Counted from the stretch's first letter, positions 38,246-47,484 are shown. The stretch is DNA of 64,000 bases from Bacteroidetes bacterium RIFCSPLOWO2_12_FULL_37_12 (GCA_001769655.1 MEPC01000024.1:77572-141571), one strand, 5' to 3'. Notes: generated from the letters alone by a model not told the origin. Translations and numbers: made by a program.

Positions 38246-38505
38246 GAGCGTTTGTTTTTTTTATGTTTCGTTCCTACGGAACTCAACGGTCTTAAGTCAG
38301 GCGTTTCAACAACGGACTGAAGTCCGTTGTTACAATATGAACCGTTCCTACGGAACTTATTTTATAAGGCGTTTTTTCCTGCACAGGCAACCCTTCAATG
38401 GCTTGGAAGAGTCACCGAGTATCGTGCTGGTCAAATAAAATACAGTAATTATTGTTGATTTTTTTTTAATATCCAGGTGGGTGAAAACTTACTGGGATTT
38501 TTTAT
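38246..38505 (+). repeat. about 260-bp highly structured element, copy A (ends in intrinsic terminator)
   Basis: About 90% identical to 38909-39169. Contains nested perfect hairpins (gttcctacggaac twice; caacggactgaagtccgttg) and a terminal hairpin plus T-run. Confidence 0.8.
38471..38503 (+). terminator. Rho-independent terminator (atccaggtgggtgaaaacttactgggat + T7)
   Basis: Stem-loop followed by a T-run. A variant of the motif at 39137 and 41249. Confidence 0.6.
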
Positions 38506-38798
38506 AAGGGCAAATGAAAGGGTTTGGTATTGCAACATTTTAAATCCATGGATTTCAATTTAAAAATATAATTTGCCATTTCCCTCCCAAAACCGTCTAA
38601 ATAGCGTGTATTGATTAAAACATTTTTAACATTTTTATCTCCGTAACAAACCAACAATTCTCCAATATCATCCAAAGTACCATAATCAAAAACTCTTGAA
38701 ATAATATACTCGGCGTTTTTTTCATAGTCCAAATCCCTGAAAGCAACATCCCAGAATGCTTTCTTTGATAACTCAGGTTTATATTTATATTTAAGCAT
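38502..38798 (-). CDS. hypothetical small protein (98 aa) located between the two copies of the structured element
   Basis: Only an ORF. No family recognised. Confidence 0.3.
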   Translation of the reverse strand: MLKYKYKPELSKKAFWDVAFRDLDYEKNAEYIISRVFDYGTLDDIGELLVCYGDKNVKNVLINTRYLDGFGREMANYIFKLKSMDLKCCNTKPFHLPL

Positions 38799-38908
38799 AA
38801 TGCATCAAAACTCTTATACAAATGTAGGAATAATTTTCTATTTCAGAGTATAATGAAAAAAATTTCACATATACTAAAGTTTTATCATAACTTTAAACTA
38901 TAGGTCCA

Positions 38909-39169
38909 TGAGCGTTAGTTTTTTTTATGTTTCGTTCCTACGGAACTCAAGGTTCTGAAGTCAGGCGTTTCAACAACGGACTTCAGTCCGTTGTTACAAA
39001 ATGAACCGTTCCTACGGAACTGATTTTATAAGGCGTTTTTTCCTGCACAGGCAAACCTTCAATGGCTTGGTAGAGTCACCGAGTACCATACTGGTCAAAT
39101 AAAATACAGTAATTATTGTTGGTTCTTTTTCTATATCCCGGTGGGTGAAAACTTACCGGGATGTTTTTT
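38909..39169 (+). repeat. about 260-bp highly structured element, copy B (ends in intrinsic terminator)
   Basis: Direct repeat of 38246-38505. The terminal hairpin atcccggtgggtgaaaacttaccgggat + T7 has a perfect 9-bp stem. Confidence 0.8.
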
Positions 39170-39170
39170 T
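39137..39170 (+). terminator. Rho-independent terminator (atcccggtgggtgaaaacttaccgggat + T7)
   Basis: GC-rich 9-bp stem, 9-nt loop and T7 run. Confidence 0.75.
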
Positions 39171-39176
39171 CCCTGT

Positions 39177-39404
39177 TTATGCTACTTTTAATCGGACCAC
39201 TTCCAACTCAGCCCCGTTATTAACCGCTGCGGTTCCTAGTTTAAAAACTTTTTCGGTAATGTTTTCATCCAGATAATATGCGCCGCAAACAGGACAAACC
39301 ATAGCAGGTACTCCCTTGATTACTACTGTACTGTCATTTCTATTAAAAGATACGGTTACCTTTCCTTTGGTTGGGACACCGTGTTTACAATCAATACATT
39401 TCAT
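39177..39404 (-). CDS. YgiT-type zinc-ribbon protein (MqsA-N-like), putative antitoxin partner
   Basis: CIDC...CPVC four-Cys zinc ribbon (MKCIDCKHG...VKGVPAMVCPVCGAYYLDENITEKV). Overlaps the upstream DUF4258 gene by 4 nt. Confidence 0.65.
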   Translation of the reverse strand: MKCIDCKHGVPTKGKVTVSFNRNDSTVVIKGVPAMVCPVCGAYYLDENITEKVFKLGTAAVNNGAELEVVRLKVA

Positions 39405-39697
39405 ATTAGTGTTTTTTTCCTTGTTTTAAAATCAGATTTAAAGGTTGTTTTATCCGGAATATAAACCGTAATTATTATTTTTTTCTTTTCACCGATATCA
39501 TTTGCAACTACAACATGAATGGGTCTATGATTTACCATTTTAAACATTAAACAACTTGGGTAAGGATAATCATCTTTATAATCCTCTATTATTTCTCCAT
39601 GCTCTATCGTTTCAATTATTTCGTTTCTGTTAATGTTTCGTTCCAACATTCTAATAATTGCGTGGTCCTTAAAAACAATAATGCATTTCTCCTTCAT
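39401..39697 (-). CDS. DUF4258-like small protein, putative toxin partner of YgiT zinc-ribbon protein
   Basis: 98 aa in the usual DUF4258 to zinc-ribbon two-gene arrangement with ATGA overlap. No direct functional evidence. Confidence 0.5.
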   Translation of the reverse strand: MKEKCIIVFKDHAIIRMLERNINRNEIIETIEHGEIIEDYKDDYPYPSCLMFKMVNHRPIHVVVANDIGEKKKIIITVYIPDKTTFKSDFKTRKKTLI

Positions 39698-39780
39698 TAG
39701 AGGTTGGCGTATCTTTTATTACAAAGGTACAAATAATTTTCCTGAATTCCGCTCAGATGGAATCTGCAAAGAAGAATACG

Positions 39781-39815
39781 GCTATACCTTTACACCCCTA
39801 TACCTCTTTACCTTT
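39781..39815. repeat. CCTATACC-type octamer repeat cluster
   Basis: gctatacctttacacccctatacctctttacc. Confidence 0.6.
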
Positions 39816-40012
39816 CATATTCCACAACATGATTCAACATGAGTTACAGTGACACAATAAATGCGGTTTGTAAGATTTAATTGTGACCAATATCATTTAC
39901 TAATGTTTTTCCTATCATAAACCACCACTCTTATGCCTTTTACCTTTGTAACATGATTTAGATTAGTTTCTAACATCTCAACAATAATTAGAACCAATTA
40001 ACCAAAAAGAAC

Positions 40013-41227
40013 ATGAAAACCAACAAACTATTCAGAAATCTACCTATGATTGTAATTCTTTTCTTTATTACCATGTCAATGATTATTTCCTACACCTTTA
40101 CCGGTTGCAACAAGGAAGTTGACACAGTAACTGTCACCAATGATGTGCACGACACTTTAAAAGGGAAGTCAATTTCGGGAGCTTGCACTTATCCCGATTA
40201 TGCAGGGGCTAAAGTAAAAGCCAAAGGTGCTGTTATCTCGCTTTATACAGGTACATTAAAAACCGGAAATCCCGTAGCAACCGCTATTGCCGATACCAAT
40301 GGGAATTACATACTCCCTTACTTGCTTCCAGGCAGTTATTATATATATGCTATATATAATACGGAAAATAAAAATGCAAAAGAGATAAATGGAATTGATT
40401 TTTCAACGAACCCTGGTTATGCAGTTACGTTGGCTTCAACCAATTTGGTTCAAGCTATTGACCTTGTAACTTATGGAACTACCGGCACAACCAAAATATC
40501 TCTGGATACATCGGTTAATAAATATCGTTTAGTCACATTAGATAAAGCGCATAGCAGAATTAGTTTTGAAACACCTTATGGTCCAGCAAGTCAAGGTGCA
40601 AATTTCCCAGGTATTTTTGGCGCACTTAAAGGGCAACCATCACAGACCGCATTTAATTTAACCAAATTTGCATTTGATGAAGCCACTCCTGCTAACACTA
40701 AAATAGAGGGCTATGTTTTATTGAGTGAACGCTCAACCGGAGAAGACGGAAGAGATGCATTGGGACAATGCGGTTCTAAAGCATTACTTATTGATACTAT
40801 TGGAATGAAGGATAGTTTGGGTGTATATCGCGCACGTCCTGAAACCGATACTTGCAAATTTATCAGCCAATCTGTAATAAAATACGGAAACGGTTATTTA
40901 TGCAAAGCCATTTTAAGAGGGTTTTTGATGCACAAAGGACCTGGTAACGGCGATCCCATTTGCCCAACCTGCCCGGCTGATACCGCATTAAAATTTACAG
41001 GTCCTTATGATGTTGTAAGAGATTTACCTGTTGAAATGTACTTTGAGTTTGCCGGTAAGCAGAAATATGATAATGTGGATCCCAAGAAAATATATTATGG
41101 TTTCCCATTTGAAGGCGTCTTCACTTTTGATAAAACAAAAATCAATATCAAACACGCATCCATTGGTAACATGGTTAAAGTAAATTGCCATGTAAATATC
41201 AAAGGAATAGTTGGTAAAGAATATTAA
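40013..41227 (+). CDS. lipoprotein with N-terminal carboxypeptidase-regulatory-like beta-sandwich and YceI-like domain
   Basis: Lipobox FTGC. GAVISLYTGTLKTGNPVATAIADTNGNYILPYLLPGSYYIY resembles CarboxypepD_reg. VTLDKAHSRISFETPYG...FGALKG fits the YceI-like pattern. Confidence 0.45.
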   Translation: MKTNKLFRNLPMIVILFFITMSMIISYTFTGCNKEVDTVTVTNDVHDTLKGKSISGACTYPDYAGAKVKAKGAVISLYTGTLKTGNPVATAIADTNGNYILPYLLPGSYYIYAIYNTENKNAKEINGIDFSTNPGYAVTLASTNLVQAIDLVTYGTTGTTKISLDTSVNKYRLVTLDKAHSRISFETPYGPASQGANFPGIFGALKGQPSQTAFNLTKFAFDEATPANTKIEGYVLLSERSTGEDGRDALGQCGSKALLIDTIGMKDSLGVYRARPETDTCKFISQSVIKYGNGYLCKAILRGFLMHKGPGNGDPICPTCPADTALKFTGPYDVVRDLPVEMYFEFAGKQKYDNVDPKKIYYGFPFEGVFTFDKTKINIKHASIGNMVKVNCHVNIKGIVGKEY

Positions 41228-41248
41228 GAAAAAATTGGTTTATTTTGG

Positions 41249-41288
41249 CATCCCGGTAGGTGAAAACTTGCCGGGATGTTTTTTTTGT
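41249..41288 (+). terminator. Rho-independent terminator (catcccggtaggtgaaaacttgccgggatg + T8), third copy of the same hairpin
   Basis: Same stem and GGTGAAAAC loop as the terminators at 38471 and 39137. Lies 22 nt after the stop of 40013..41227. Confidence 0.75.
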
Positions 41289-41300
41289 TATTCAATAAAT

Positions 41301-41978
41301 ATGCCCATACGATTGCTCATAACATTAATTTTACTAGCGGGTTGCAAAAATTTCAAAGAACAAAAAGCAGAAACCGGCGAAGGAATCATAACTTATAAAA
41401 TTTCATATTCCGAAGACAATCCATATAAAGATAAGCGCTTCCTACCAGGCGAAACAAATCTTGTTTTTAAAGAAACAATGGCAAGTTTCATTACCTCCGG
41501 AATGGGTATTATTCAACTAGTTAATTTGCTGGATAATGAGCATAAAAAATATACCTCTCTCTTAATAAACAGTTTTGGGGATAACTTTGCTTTTACCGAG
41601 ACCTCTGAAGATATTAATGAACAGGAAAACAATCCTAAATACAGTTTTGAATTGACGGATGATAAAAAAACAATCGCAGGACTTGAATGTAACAAAGCGA
41701 TAGTCAGTGATTTGACAAACATTAAAAGTTTTGACATATATTATTACAGTAAAATAAAAGTAGTTCTCGGAAACTGCCCATACAAAGATTTTAATTACTT
41801 ATTGATGGAATACAACGATACCCGGTATGGTTTACCCATGCACTTAATAGCGGTTAAAGCCGATTTAAGTCCGATAGACACAACCCTTTTTCAGGTAGAA
41901 GACCCGGGGGTGTATAATTGGGTTGACAAAAAAACATTTATTAACATCATAAAAAATTTAAAATCACCGATATACTAA
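41301..41978 (+). CDS. lipoprotein, possibly GLPGLI-family
   Basis: Start taken at MPIRLL because the upstream ORF extension lies over the terminator. Lipobox LLAGC. YGLPMHLI is near the GLPGLI motif. 225 aa. Confidence 0.4.
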   Translation: MPIRLLITLILLAGCKNFKEQKAETGEGIITYKISYSEDNPYKDKRFLPGETNLVFKETMASFITSGMGIIQLVNLLDNEHKKYTSLLINSFGDNFAFTETSEDINEQENNPKYSFELTDDKKTIAGLECNKAIVSDLTNIKSFDIYYYSKIKVVLGNCPYKDFNYLLMEYNDTRYGLPMHLIAVKADLSPIDTTLFQVEDPGVYNWVDKKTFINIIKNLKSPIY

Positions 41979-41986
41979 AAGAAAAT

Positions 41987-42069
41987 GGGTATAAGGTATA
42001 AGGGTATAGGGTATAAGGGCGTAATTATTGTATTTCCCTTATACCCTTATACCTTTATACCCCTATACC
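41987..42069. repeat. inverted pair of GGTATAAGG / CCTTATACC arrays forming a long hairpin
   Basis: gggtataaggtataagggtatagggtataaggg - 14-nt loop - cccttatacccttatacctttatacccctatacc. Confidence 0.8.
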
Positions 42070-42100
42070 ATTTTTACTAATTTCCATAAACTCATTCAGC

Positions 42101-42922
42101 ATGTGTATAATGTATAGAATCTGGTTCTTTCTCCTTGTCATTTTCCTACCAGGATGTTCTACTCCAAACAGTAGTGAAGAGGGCAAAGAGCGTGAAATGG
42201 CTTTTAAGAATCATATTAAAAAAATTACAGAATTCAAAACTATTTTGAATTTGGGAGGGATTTGGTTAAAAGAACAGGTACATCGTGAGAAGTTTTTTGA
42301 TAAGAATGGTTTTAAGTTCAAAGAAATAACCCATTACGATGATGGGAGCATTGAAAACATTATTTCATTACAGTATGATAAAAATGGGAATTTAATATTC
42401 CGGAAAGCGGTTAACCCTGACAGCAGTGTATCTTACAGTGATAAAAGGGTGTTTGACGAGCATAACAACAAGATAGAATATTATTTTTACAATCCGGATA
42501 GTACTCTCCTCTACAGGAAACCTGCTGTGTATGACAAGGAAGGGAAAATGATTGAAAGCAGAATGTACCACGATGGAGAATGGAAAGCAACCTACAAGTA
42601 TAAATATCAAGACGCCAGAATGACTGAGAATAATATATATGATTCAACAGGTAATTTCAAGCATAAATGGCTATATGTATATGACAATAGAAATAATCTT
42701 ATTGAAGAGGTACAGTATAATTCACAGAATTATATTTCTTATCAAAACAAGTATGAATATACTAAGGACAATTTTTTGATCAAAGAAACCAACTATGTCG
42801 GAGAGGAGGTTCAACGCTCGTTTTCATACAAATACAATGGTAAAAATCTTATGGAAATTAAAAACGAATATGTTTATGGGAGGTTAAATTCAAAATTCAG
42901 ATATGAATATGATTATTATTAA
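42101..42922 (+). CDS. lipoprotein with short Y/D/N-rich repeats
   Basis: Lipobox LPGC. Repeated ..YD..GN.I.. units. No catalytic motif. Confidence 0.4.
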   Translation: MCIMYRIWFFLLVIFLPGCSTPNSSEEGKEREMAFKNHIKKITEFKTILNLGGIWLKEQVHREKFFDKNGFKFKEITHYDDGSIENIISLQYDKNGNLIFRKAVNPDSSVSYSDKRVFDEHNNKIEYYFYNPDSTLLYRKPAVYDKEGKMIESRMYHDGEWKATYKYKYQDARMTENNIYDSTGNFKHKWLYVYDNRNNLIEEVQYNSQNYISYQNKYEYTKDNFLIKETNYVGEEVQRSFSYKYNGKNLMEIKNEYVYGRLNSKFRYEYDYY

Positions 42923-42923
42923 A

Positions 42924-42991
42924 GGCACCTCTAAAAACTGATATAATTCCTCTCCCTGCCCTCTCCAAGAGAGGGACAATAGGTAGTTTTT
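42924..42991. terminator. 17-bp perfect inverted repeat (gcacctctaaaaact / agtttttagaggtgc) enclosing a CCCTCTCC/GAGAGGG sub-hairpin, 2 nt after stop
   Basis: The inner motif belongs to the same CCCTCTCC/GGAGAGGG family as the sod-flanking hairpins. Confidence 0.5.
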
Positions 42992-43167
42992 AGAGGTGCC
43001 CTTAAAGTATTCAATGCGCTACCACAACATTGCCTTATGTGACGTGTATCATTTTGAAAAGTGATATAAATCGTTAATTTTAGTTACACTTTATTCTTTT
43101 TTTGTCTTTAGATTAACTTCTTTTAATGTAATTTTTATAAGAAGTCCATAATCTAAACAAAAAAAGT

Positions 43168-44007
43168 ATGAACAAAAAACTCCTTTTCACACTGTCTGCC
43201 TGTGTCATAATCATTATTTTTTCAACTGTCAGAGAAATTCATTCCAATGGTACCGGAGCGCCTGAGGGGTATTCGGGTGCGCCAGGTGGAAACGGCAACT
43301 GTACAGGATGCCATGAAGAAGGGTCGGGAAGCGATCAACCCGGATGGATTACGTCCAATATTCCGGTAACCGGTTATTTACCGGATAGTACTTATACTCT
43401 TACAGCTACGGCTACAAAAGTTGGCGAGCCAAAATTTGGTTTTGAAATAAGACCATATAGTACAGATGCCGCTAAAGAGGGGACATTAATCCTTACTGAT
43501 CCCAATGCAACTCAACTCATTGGCTCTGGAAAATACATAACTCATACGGCCACAGGAACTACAGGTAGTGGAAATAAATCATGGAATTTTAAATGGAAAG
43601 CCCCAGCCGCTGGTATCAATAAAGTAACTTTCTATGGAGCATTTGTATGCGCCAATAACAATGGAAGTCCAACCGAAGACGAGGTTTATGTTTCAACCTT
43701 AGCGGTGAAGGATACAACAAAAGTAGGCATAGAAGAATTTATAAGTAAAAACTCAAAAATCAACATATATCCAAACCCAGGCAATGGTAATTGCTTTATA
43801 GATATTGATGCACTTCATCACACTTCTTATAATGTCAGTATTGTGAATGGCACCGGGCAAATAATTCATAATGAAGTAGTGAATGTCACCCCAGGACAAA
43901 AAACTATAAAAAATATTCAGTTGGAGAATAACTCATACGGAACGTACATAATTAAATTTAGTTCAAACAAAGAAGAAATAAATAAACCACTGATAGTCAT
44001 TAAATAA
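43168..44007 (+). CDS. secreted CxxCH-motif (putative mono-heme) protein with T9SS type-A C-terminal sorting domain
   Basis: Signal peptide. A single CTGCH motif sits in a G/A/P-rich N-terminal segment (NGTGAPEGYSGAPGGNGNCTGCHEEG). The C-terminus KINIYPNPGNGNCFIDI...GTYIIKF matches the T9SS CTD. Confidence 0.6.
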   Translation: MNKKLLFTLSACVIIIIFSTVREIHSNGTGAPEGYSGAPGGNGNCTGCHEEGSGSDQPGWITSNIPVTGYLPDSTYTLTATATKVGEPKFGFEIRPYSTDAAKEGTLILTDPNATQLIGSGKYITHTATGTTGSGNKSWNFKWKAPAAGINKVTFYGAFVCANNNGSPTEDEVYVSTLAVKDTTKVGIEEFISKNSKINIYPNPGNGNCFIDIDALHHTSYNVSIVNGTGQIIHNEVVNVTPGQKTIKNIQLENNSYGTYIIKFSSNKEEINKPLIVIK

Positions 44008-44408
44008 TGAAACCACTTCATAATAAATTTTCAGTATTTCTTATTCTGTCACTGTTCTTCTTTTGGACGGGCTGTGAATACGAGTATGTAAAACCGGTAA
44101 AAGTTGTTACTACAACTCCAATAAGTTTTTCAAATGAAATCGTCCCTATTTTTACTGCAAACTGCATCGGTTGCCATAAAACGGGAGGTACGCCCCCCGA
44201 TTTTTCTGCAACAAATGCTTATCAAAGCATACAAACGAAAGCATTGACCGACACCCTTAATCCTGAATCAAGTTTACTATATCAAAGAATTACAAAGACA
44301 GGTACTATAGGTAGTGCGAAAGGGATTATGCCTCCCTCAGGAAAAATGCCGGATAGCAATATTTCGTTAATCCTTACTTGGATAAAACAAGGCGCTAAAA
44401 ATAATTAA
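44007..44408 (+). CDS. lipoprotein with PSCyt1-like (planctomycete-type cytochrome c) CxxCH domain
   Basis: Lipobox WTGC. IVPIFTANCIGCHKTGG...PESSLLYQRI...MPPSGKMP...LILTWIKQGA follows the PSCyt1 pattern. The start codon overlaps the stop of the upstream gene. Confidence 0.6.
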   Translation: MKPLHNKFSVFLILSLFFFWTGCEYEYVKPVKVVTTTPISFSNEIVPIFTANCIGCHKTGGTPPDFSATNAYQSIQTKALTDTLNPESSLLYQRITKTGTIGSAKGIMPPSGKMPDSNISLILTWIKQGAKNN

Positions 44409-44412
44409 CAAT

Positions 44413-45267
44413 ATGAAAATTTTCTTTTCCATTCTGACTTTCTTCCTTTTCACTGGAATTTTGATGGGGCAGGATGCACCCAAAAAAGATGAAGCGGTTG
44501 TCCCCGAAAAAAATACGTTTGAGGATTTGACTGTTATTAATAATGTGTCTATGGAAACCCTGAATAAAAAGGCACTTTCATTTTCCATACAGCATCGTTT
44601 TGGTAACGTAAATGAGGGGTTTAAAAAAGACCAGAATTTTGACTTGCTCGGTATTTTCGCCCCTGCGAATGTCCGGCTCGGTTTGGACTTTGGAATTACC
44701 GATCGTTTTATGCTTGGAATCGGTGGAACTAAAAATAATTACTTATATGACCTGGAATGGAAATACAGAATAATAAGGCAAGGCACAAAAGGAGGTTCTC
44801 CACTTTCAGTTACCTATTATGGTCTTGGTGCAAGAAATTCAAAATTGGACGATAAATTTAAAACATTTTCAAGCCGCTTATCCTTTTTTCATCAGTTGAT
44901 AATGGCACGGAAAATAACAAAAAAATTATCACTGCAAATTGCCGCATCCGTTTCACATTTTAATCTGGTGGATTCCTTAATGAATAATGATAATTACAGT
45001 TATCATTTTGCAGGCAGATATCAGTTCAGTCCGCAATCATCCATATTACTGGAATACAATGCCCCTATAACCAAAGCAAAATTATTTGAAACAAAACCTG
45101 ACTTGGCTTTTGGTTGGGAGATTGCCACACGCGGACATTCGTTTCAGATTTTTTTATGTACAGCTAACTCCATCGTTAAACAATACGATAATACATACAA
45201 CGTGAATGATTTTTCTAAAGGAGAAATGATGATTGGTTTCAATATTTCAAGAAGGTGGAAGTTTTAA
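44413..45267 (+). CDS. outer-membrane beta-barrel protein (possibly DUF5777-like, cytochrome-associated)
   Basis: Signal peptide, amphipathic beta-strand pattern and C-terminal RRWKF. Starts 5 nt after the upstream stop. Confidence 0.45.
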   Translation: MKIFFSILTFFLFTGILMGQDAPKKDEAVVPEKNTFEDLTVINNVSMETLNKKALSFSIQHRFGNVNEGFKKDQNFDLLGIFAPANVRLGLDFGITDRFMLGIGGTKNNYLYDLEWKYRIIRQGTKGGSPLSVTYYGLGARNSKLDDKFKTFSSRLSFFHQLIMARKITKKLSLQIAASVSHFNLVDSLMNNDNYSYHFAGRYQFSPQSSILLEYNAPITKAKLFETKPDLAFGWEIATRGHSFQIFLCTANSIVKQYDNTYNVNDFSKGEMMIGFNISRRWKF

Positions 45268-45383
45268 ACAGTTGACTTTAACGTGTAAGTCATTTTTAAA
45301 CACAAAGACACAAAGTTACACAAAGAGGTTGCTTTGTGCCTTCGTGATTAAATTTTTTATCACTTAACAAAAACAAAAAAACC

Positions 45384-45860
45384 ATGAACAACTTAAAATC
45401 CATCATTCCGCTATCGGTAATTATATTGGCTTGCACGGCAATGACCTACAATCCAACAGCGGTTACCGAATCAAAACTAAAAGGGACAAAAATCCAACCA
45501 AAACATGAAACTGTTTTGGCTCCTGTAGAAGATACTACAAAATGGGTAGCTCCTGAAACAGCGCAACAGTTAAAAAATCCCACGGAATCCAATGAGGCAA
45601 CAAAGGCAGAGGGTGCCATTGTATATAAGAAAAATTGCCGTTCGTGTCACGGAAAAGATGGGGATGGACAGGGCGCTGAAGCCGCAGATTTAAAAACAAA
45701 ACCCACTGATTTCAGAGATACGAATTTTTCGAAACAAAGCGATGGTTCTATGCTTTGGAAAATACAAAAAGGACGTGGTGACATGACGGCATTTGAAAAA
45801 GATCTTACGGAAGATGAAATATGGAAGACAATAAATTACATCCGTTCTTTCTCTAAATAA
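45384..45860 (+). CDS. class I mono-heme cytochrome c
   Basis: Signal and lipobox (ILACT). Single CRSCH heme motif. Distal Met region MLWKIQKGRGDMTAF. 158 aa. Confidence 0.8.
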   Translation: MNNLKSIIPLSVIILACTAMTYNPTAVTESKLKGTKIQPKHETVLAPVEDTTKWVAPETAQQLKNPTESNEATKAEGAIVYKKNCRSCHGKDGDGQGAEAADLKTKPTDFRDTNFSKQSDGSMLWKIQKGRGDMTAFEKDLTEDEIWKTINYIRSFSK

Positions 45861-45873
45861 ATAGAAATACAAA

Positions 45874-47484
45874 ATGCGGTTCATATACACCAGCCATTTT
45901 TTTTGGGTTGTCATTTTTTTCATACCTATAGAATTTTCTTTTGCCCAAAATAATCCCGCTGATTTATTTGATGAGAATTGCGCTGATTGTCATTCCATTG
46001 GTGAAGGAGATATGAAAGGACCGGATTTAATGGGAGTAGAACAAAGGCGCTCTGAGGAGTGGTTGATTAAATTCACTAAATTTTCAAAGGGCATGATTGA
46101 AGAAGGTGAAATAGAGGCGGTAAAAGTTTGGGAAAAATATAAGAAAGCAAAGATGCCTAAAATTGATCTTTCAGATGAAGAAATAAAATCAATTTTTGCT
46201 TATATTAAAAGTAAAAATAAAAATGTTGCTCCGGTAAAACAAACTTCCGCAACAACTCCCAAAAAGCAAGAGGGCATAGCCCCTAAAGAACCCGGCACTC
46301 TGAATAAAAAAGTTATGGAAGAAAAAGGAGTGGCAATGGAAACAACTACAGTCAGTAATGAAGTGGCAACGGAAAACACTGCCAGAATAGATGAATTAGA
46401 AAAAAAGATTGACCAATTGTTGCACGTTCAACGCCGTTCGGCATTGATGGAAATAACAGAAGAAGATATTGCAAAGGGCAGGGACCTCTTTACCGGAATC
46501 ATTCCGTTTGAAAACGGCGCTCCAAATTGCATTTCATGCCACAACGTTGATGTCATTGACACCTTAAACTGGAACCCATCGGCTTTAGATATTGCCAATC
46601 TTTATTTGGATGATAAAAATATTGACTTTGAAAATTTGCTTTTACATCCCAAAACAGAACGACTTAAAAAATTATTAAACGAACATCCGTTGACTGAGCG
46701 CGAAGCATTTACCATTAAGGCATATCTTCAAACTATTAAAAAAGACGGGCTACATAAATCAAAATCAGCATCTCCTAATTCAATGTCATTAGGGATTGTT
46801 GTGGGTGTGTTGTTGTTGTCACTCATTGATTTACTATTTACAAAATGGATTAAAATAAAATTTATTCCAATTGTAATTATAATTGGTTCTATAGGTTATA
46901 TCTCTATTACCCCCTTTACCTTAAGCAAGAACATTGGACTCTCTAAAAATTATGAGCCCGACCAACCTATAAAATTTTCGCATAAAATACATTCAGGCGA
47001 AAACGGCATTGCTTGCCTGTACTGTCATAGCACTGCGGAGTATAGCAAAATCTCAGGTATCCCTCCTACGGAGGTTTGTGTAAATTGTCATTATAAAATT
47101 AAGAGCGGCGCCAATTCATGGACGTTTGAAATCAATAAAATAAACAGAGCATTGGAAACCAAACAGCCCATTAAATGGGTCAAGATTCATAATTTACCTG
47201 ACCATGTTTTCTTTAGTCATGCCCAACATGTTGGAGCCGGAAAAATTCAATGCCAGCAATGTCATGGGAAAATTGAAGAGATGGATAGGGTGAAGCAAGT
47301 GTCACCGCTTACGATGGGATGGTGTCTTGACTGTCACAGAACCAAAAATGTTAATATAAATGACAATAAATTTTATGATAGTTATAAAGGAATTCACGAT
47401 GATATTAAATCGGGTAAAATTAGTTCAGATTCTATTACGGTTGATTATCTGAATAAAAGTGATTGTTATACGTGTCATTATTAA
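45874..47484 (+). CDS. actA: alternative complex III subunit ActA, multiheme cytochrome c with extended N-terminal di-heme domain
   Basis: Seven CxxCH motifs (CADCH, CISCH, CLYCH, CVNCH, CQQCH, CLDCH, CYTCH). Internal TM helix (LGIVVGVLLLSLIDLLF). The C-terminal region carries the five canonical ActA hemes. Confidence 0.8.
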   Translation: MRFIYTSHFFWVVIFFIPIEFSFAQNNPADLFDENCADCHSIGEGDMKGPDLMGVEQRRSEEWLIKFTKFSKGMIEEGEIEAVKVWEKYKKAKMPKIDLSDEEIKSIFAYIKSKNKNVAPVKQTSATTPKKQEGIAPKEPGTLNKKVMEEKGVAMETTTVSNEVATENTARIDELEKKIDQLLHVQRRSALMEITEEDIAKGRDLFTGIIPFENGAPNCISCHNVDVIDTLNWNPSALDIANLYLDDKNIDFENLLLHPKTERLKKLLNEHPLTEREAFTIKAYLQTIKKDGLHKSKSASPNSMSLGIVVGVLLLSLIDLLFTKWIKIKFIPIVIIIGSIGYISITPFTLSKNIGLSKNYEPDQPIKFSHKIHSGENGIACLYCHSTAEYSKISGIPPTEVCVNCHYKIKSGANSWTFEINKINRALETKQPIKWVKIHNLPDHVFFSHAQHVGAGKIQCQQCHGKIEEMDRVKQVSPLTMGWCLDCHRTKNVNINDNKFYDSYKGIHDDIKSGKISSDSITVDYLNKSDCYTCHY

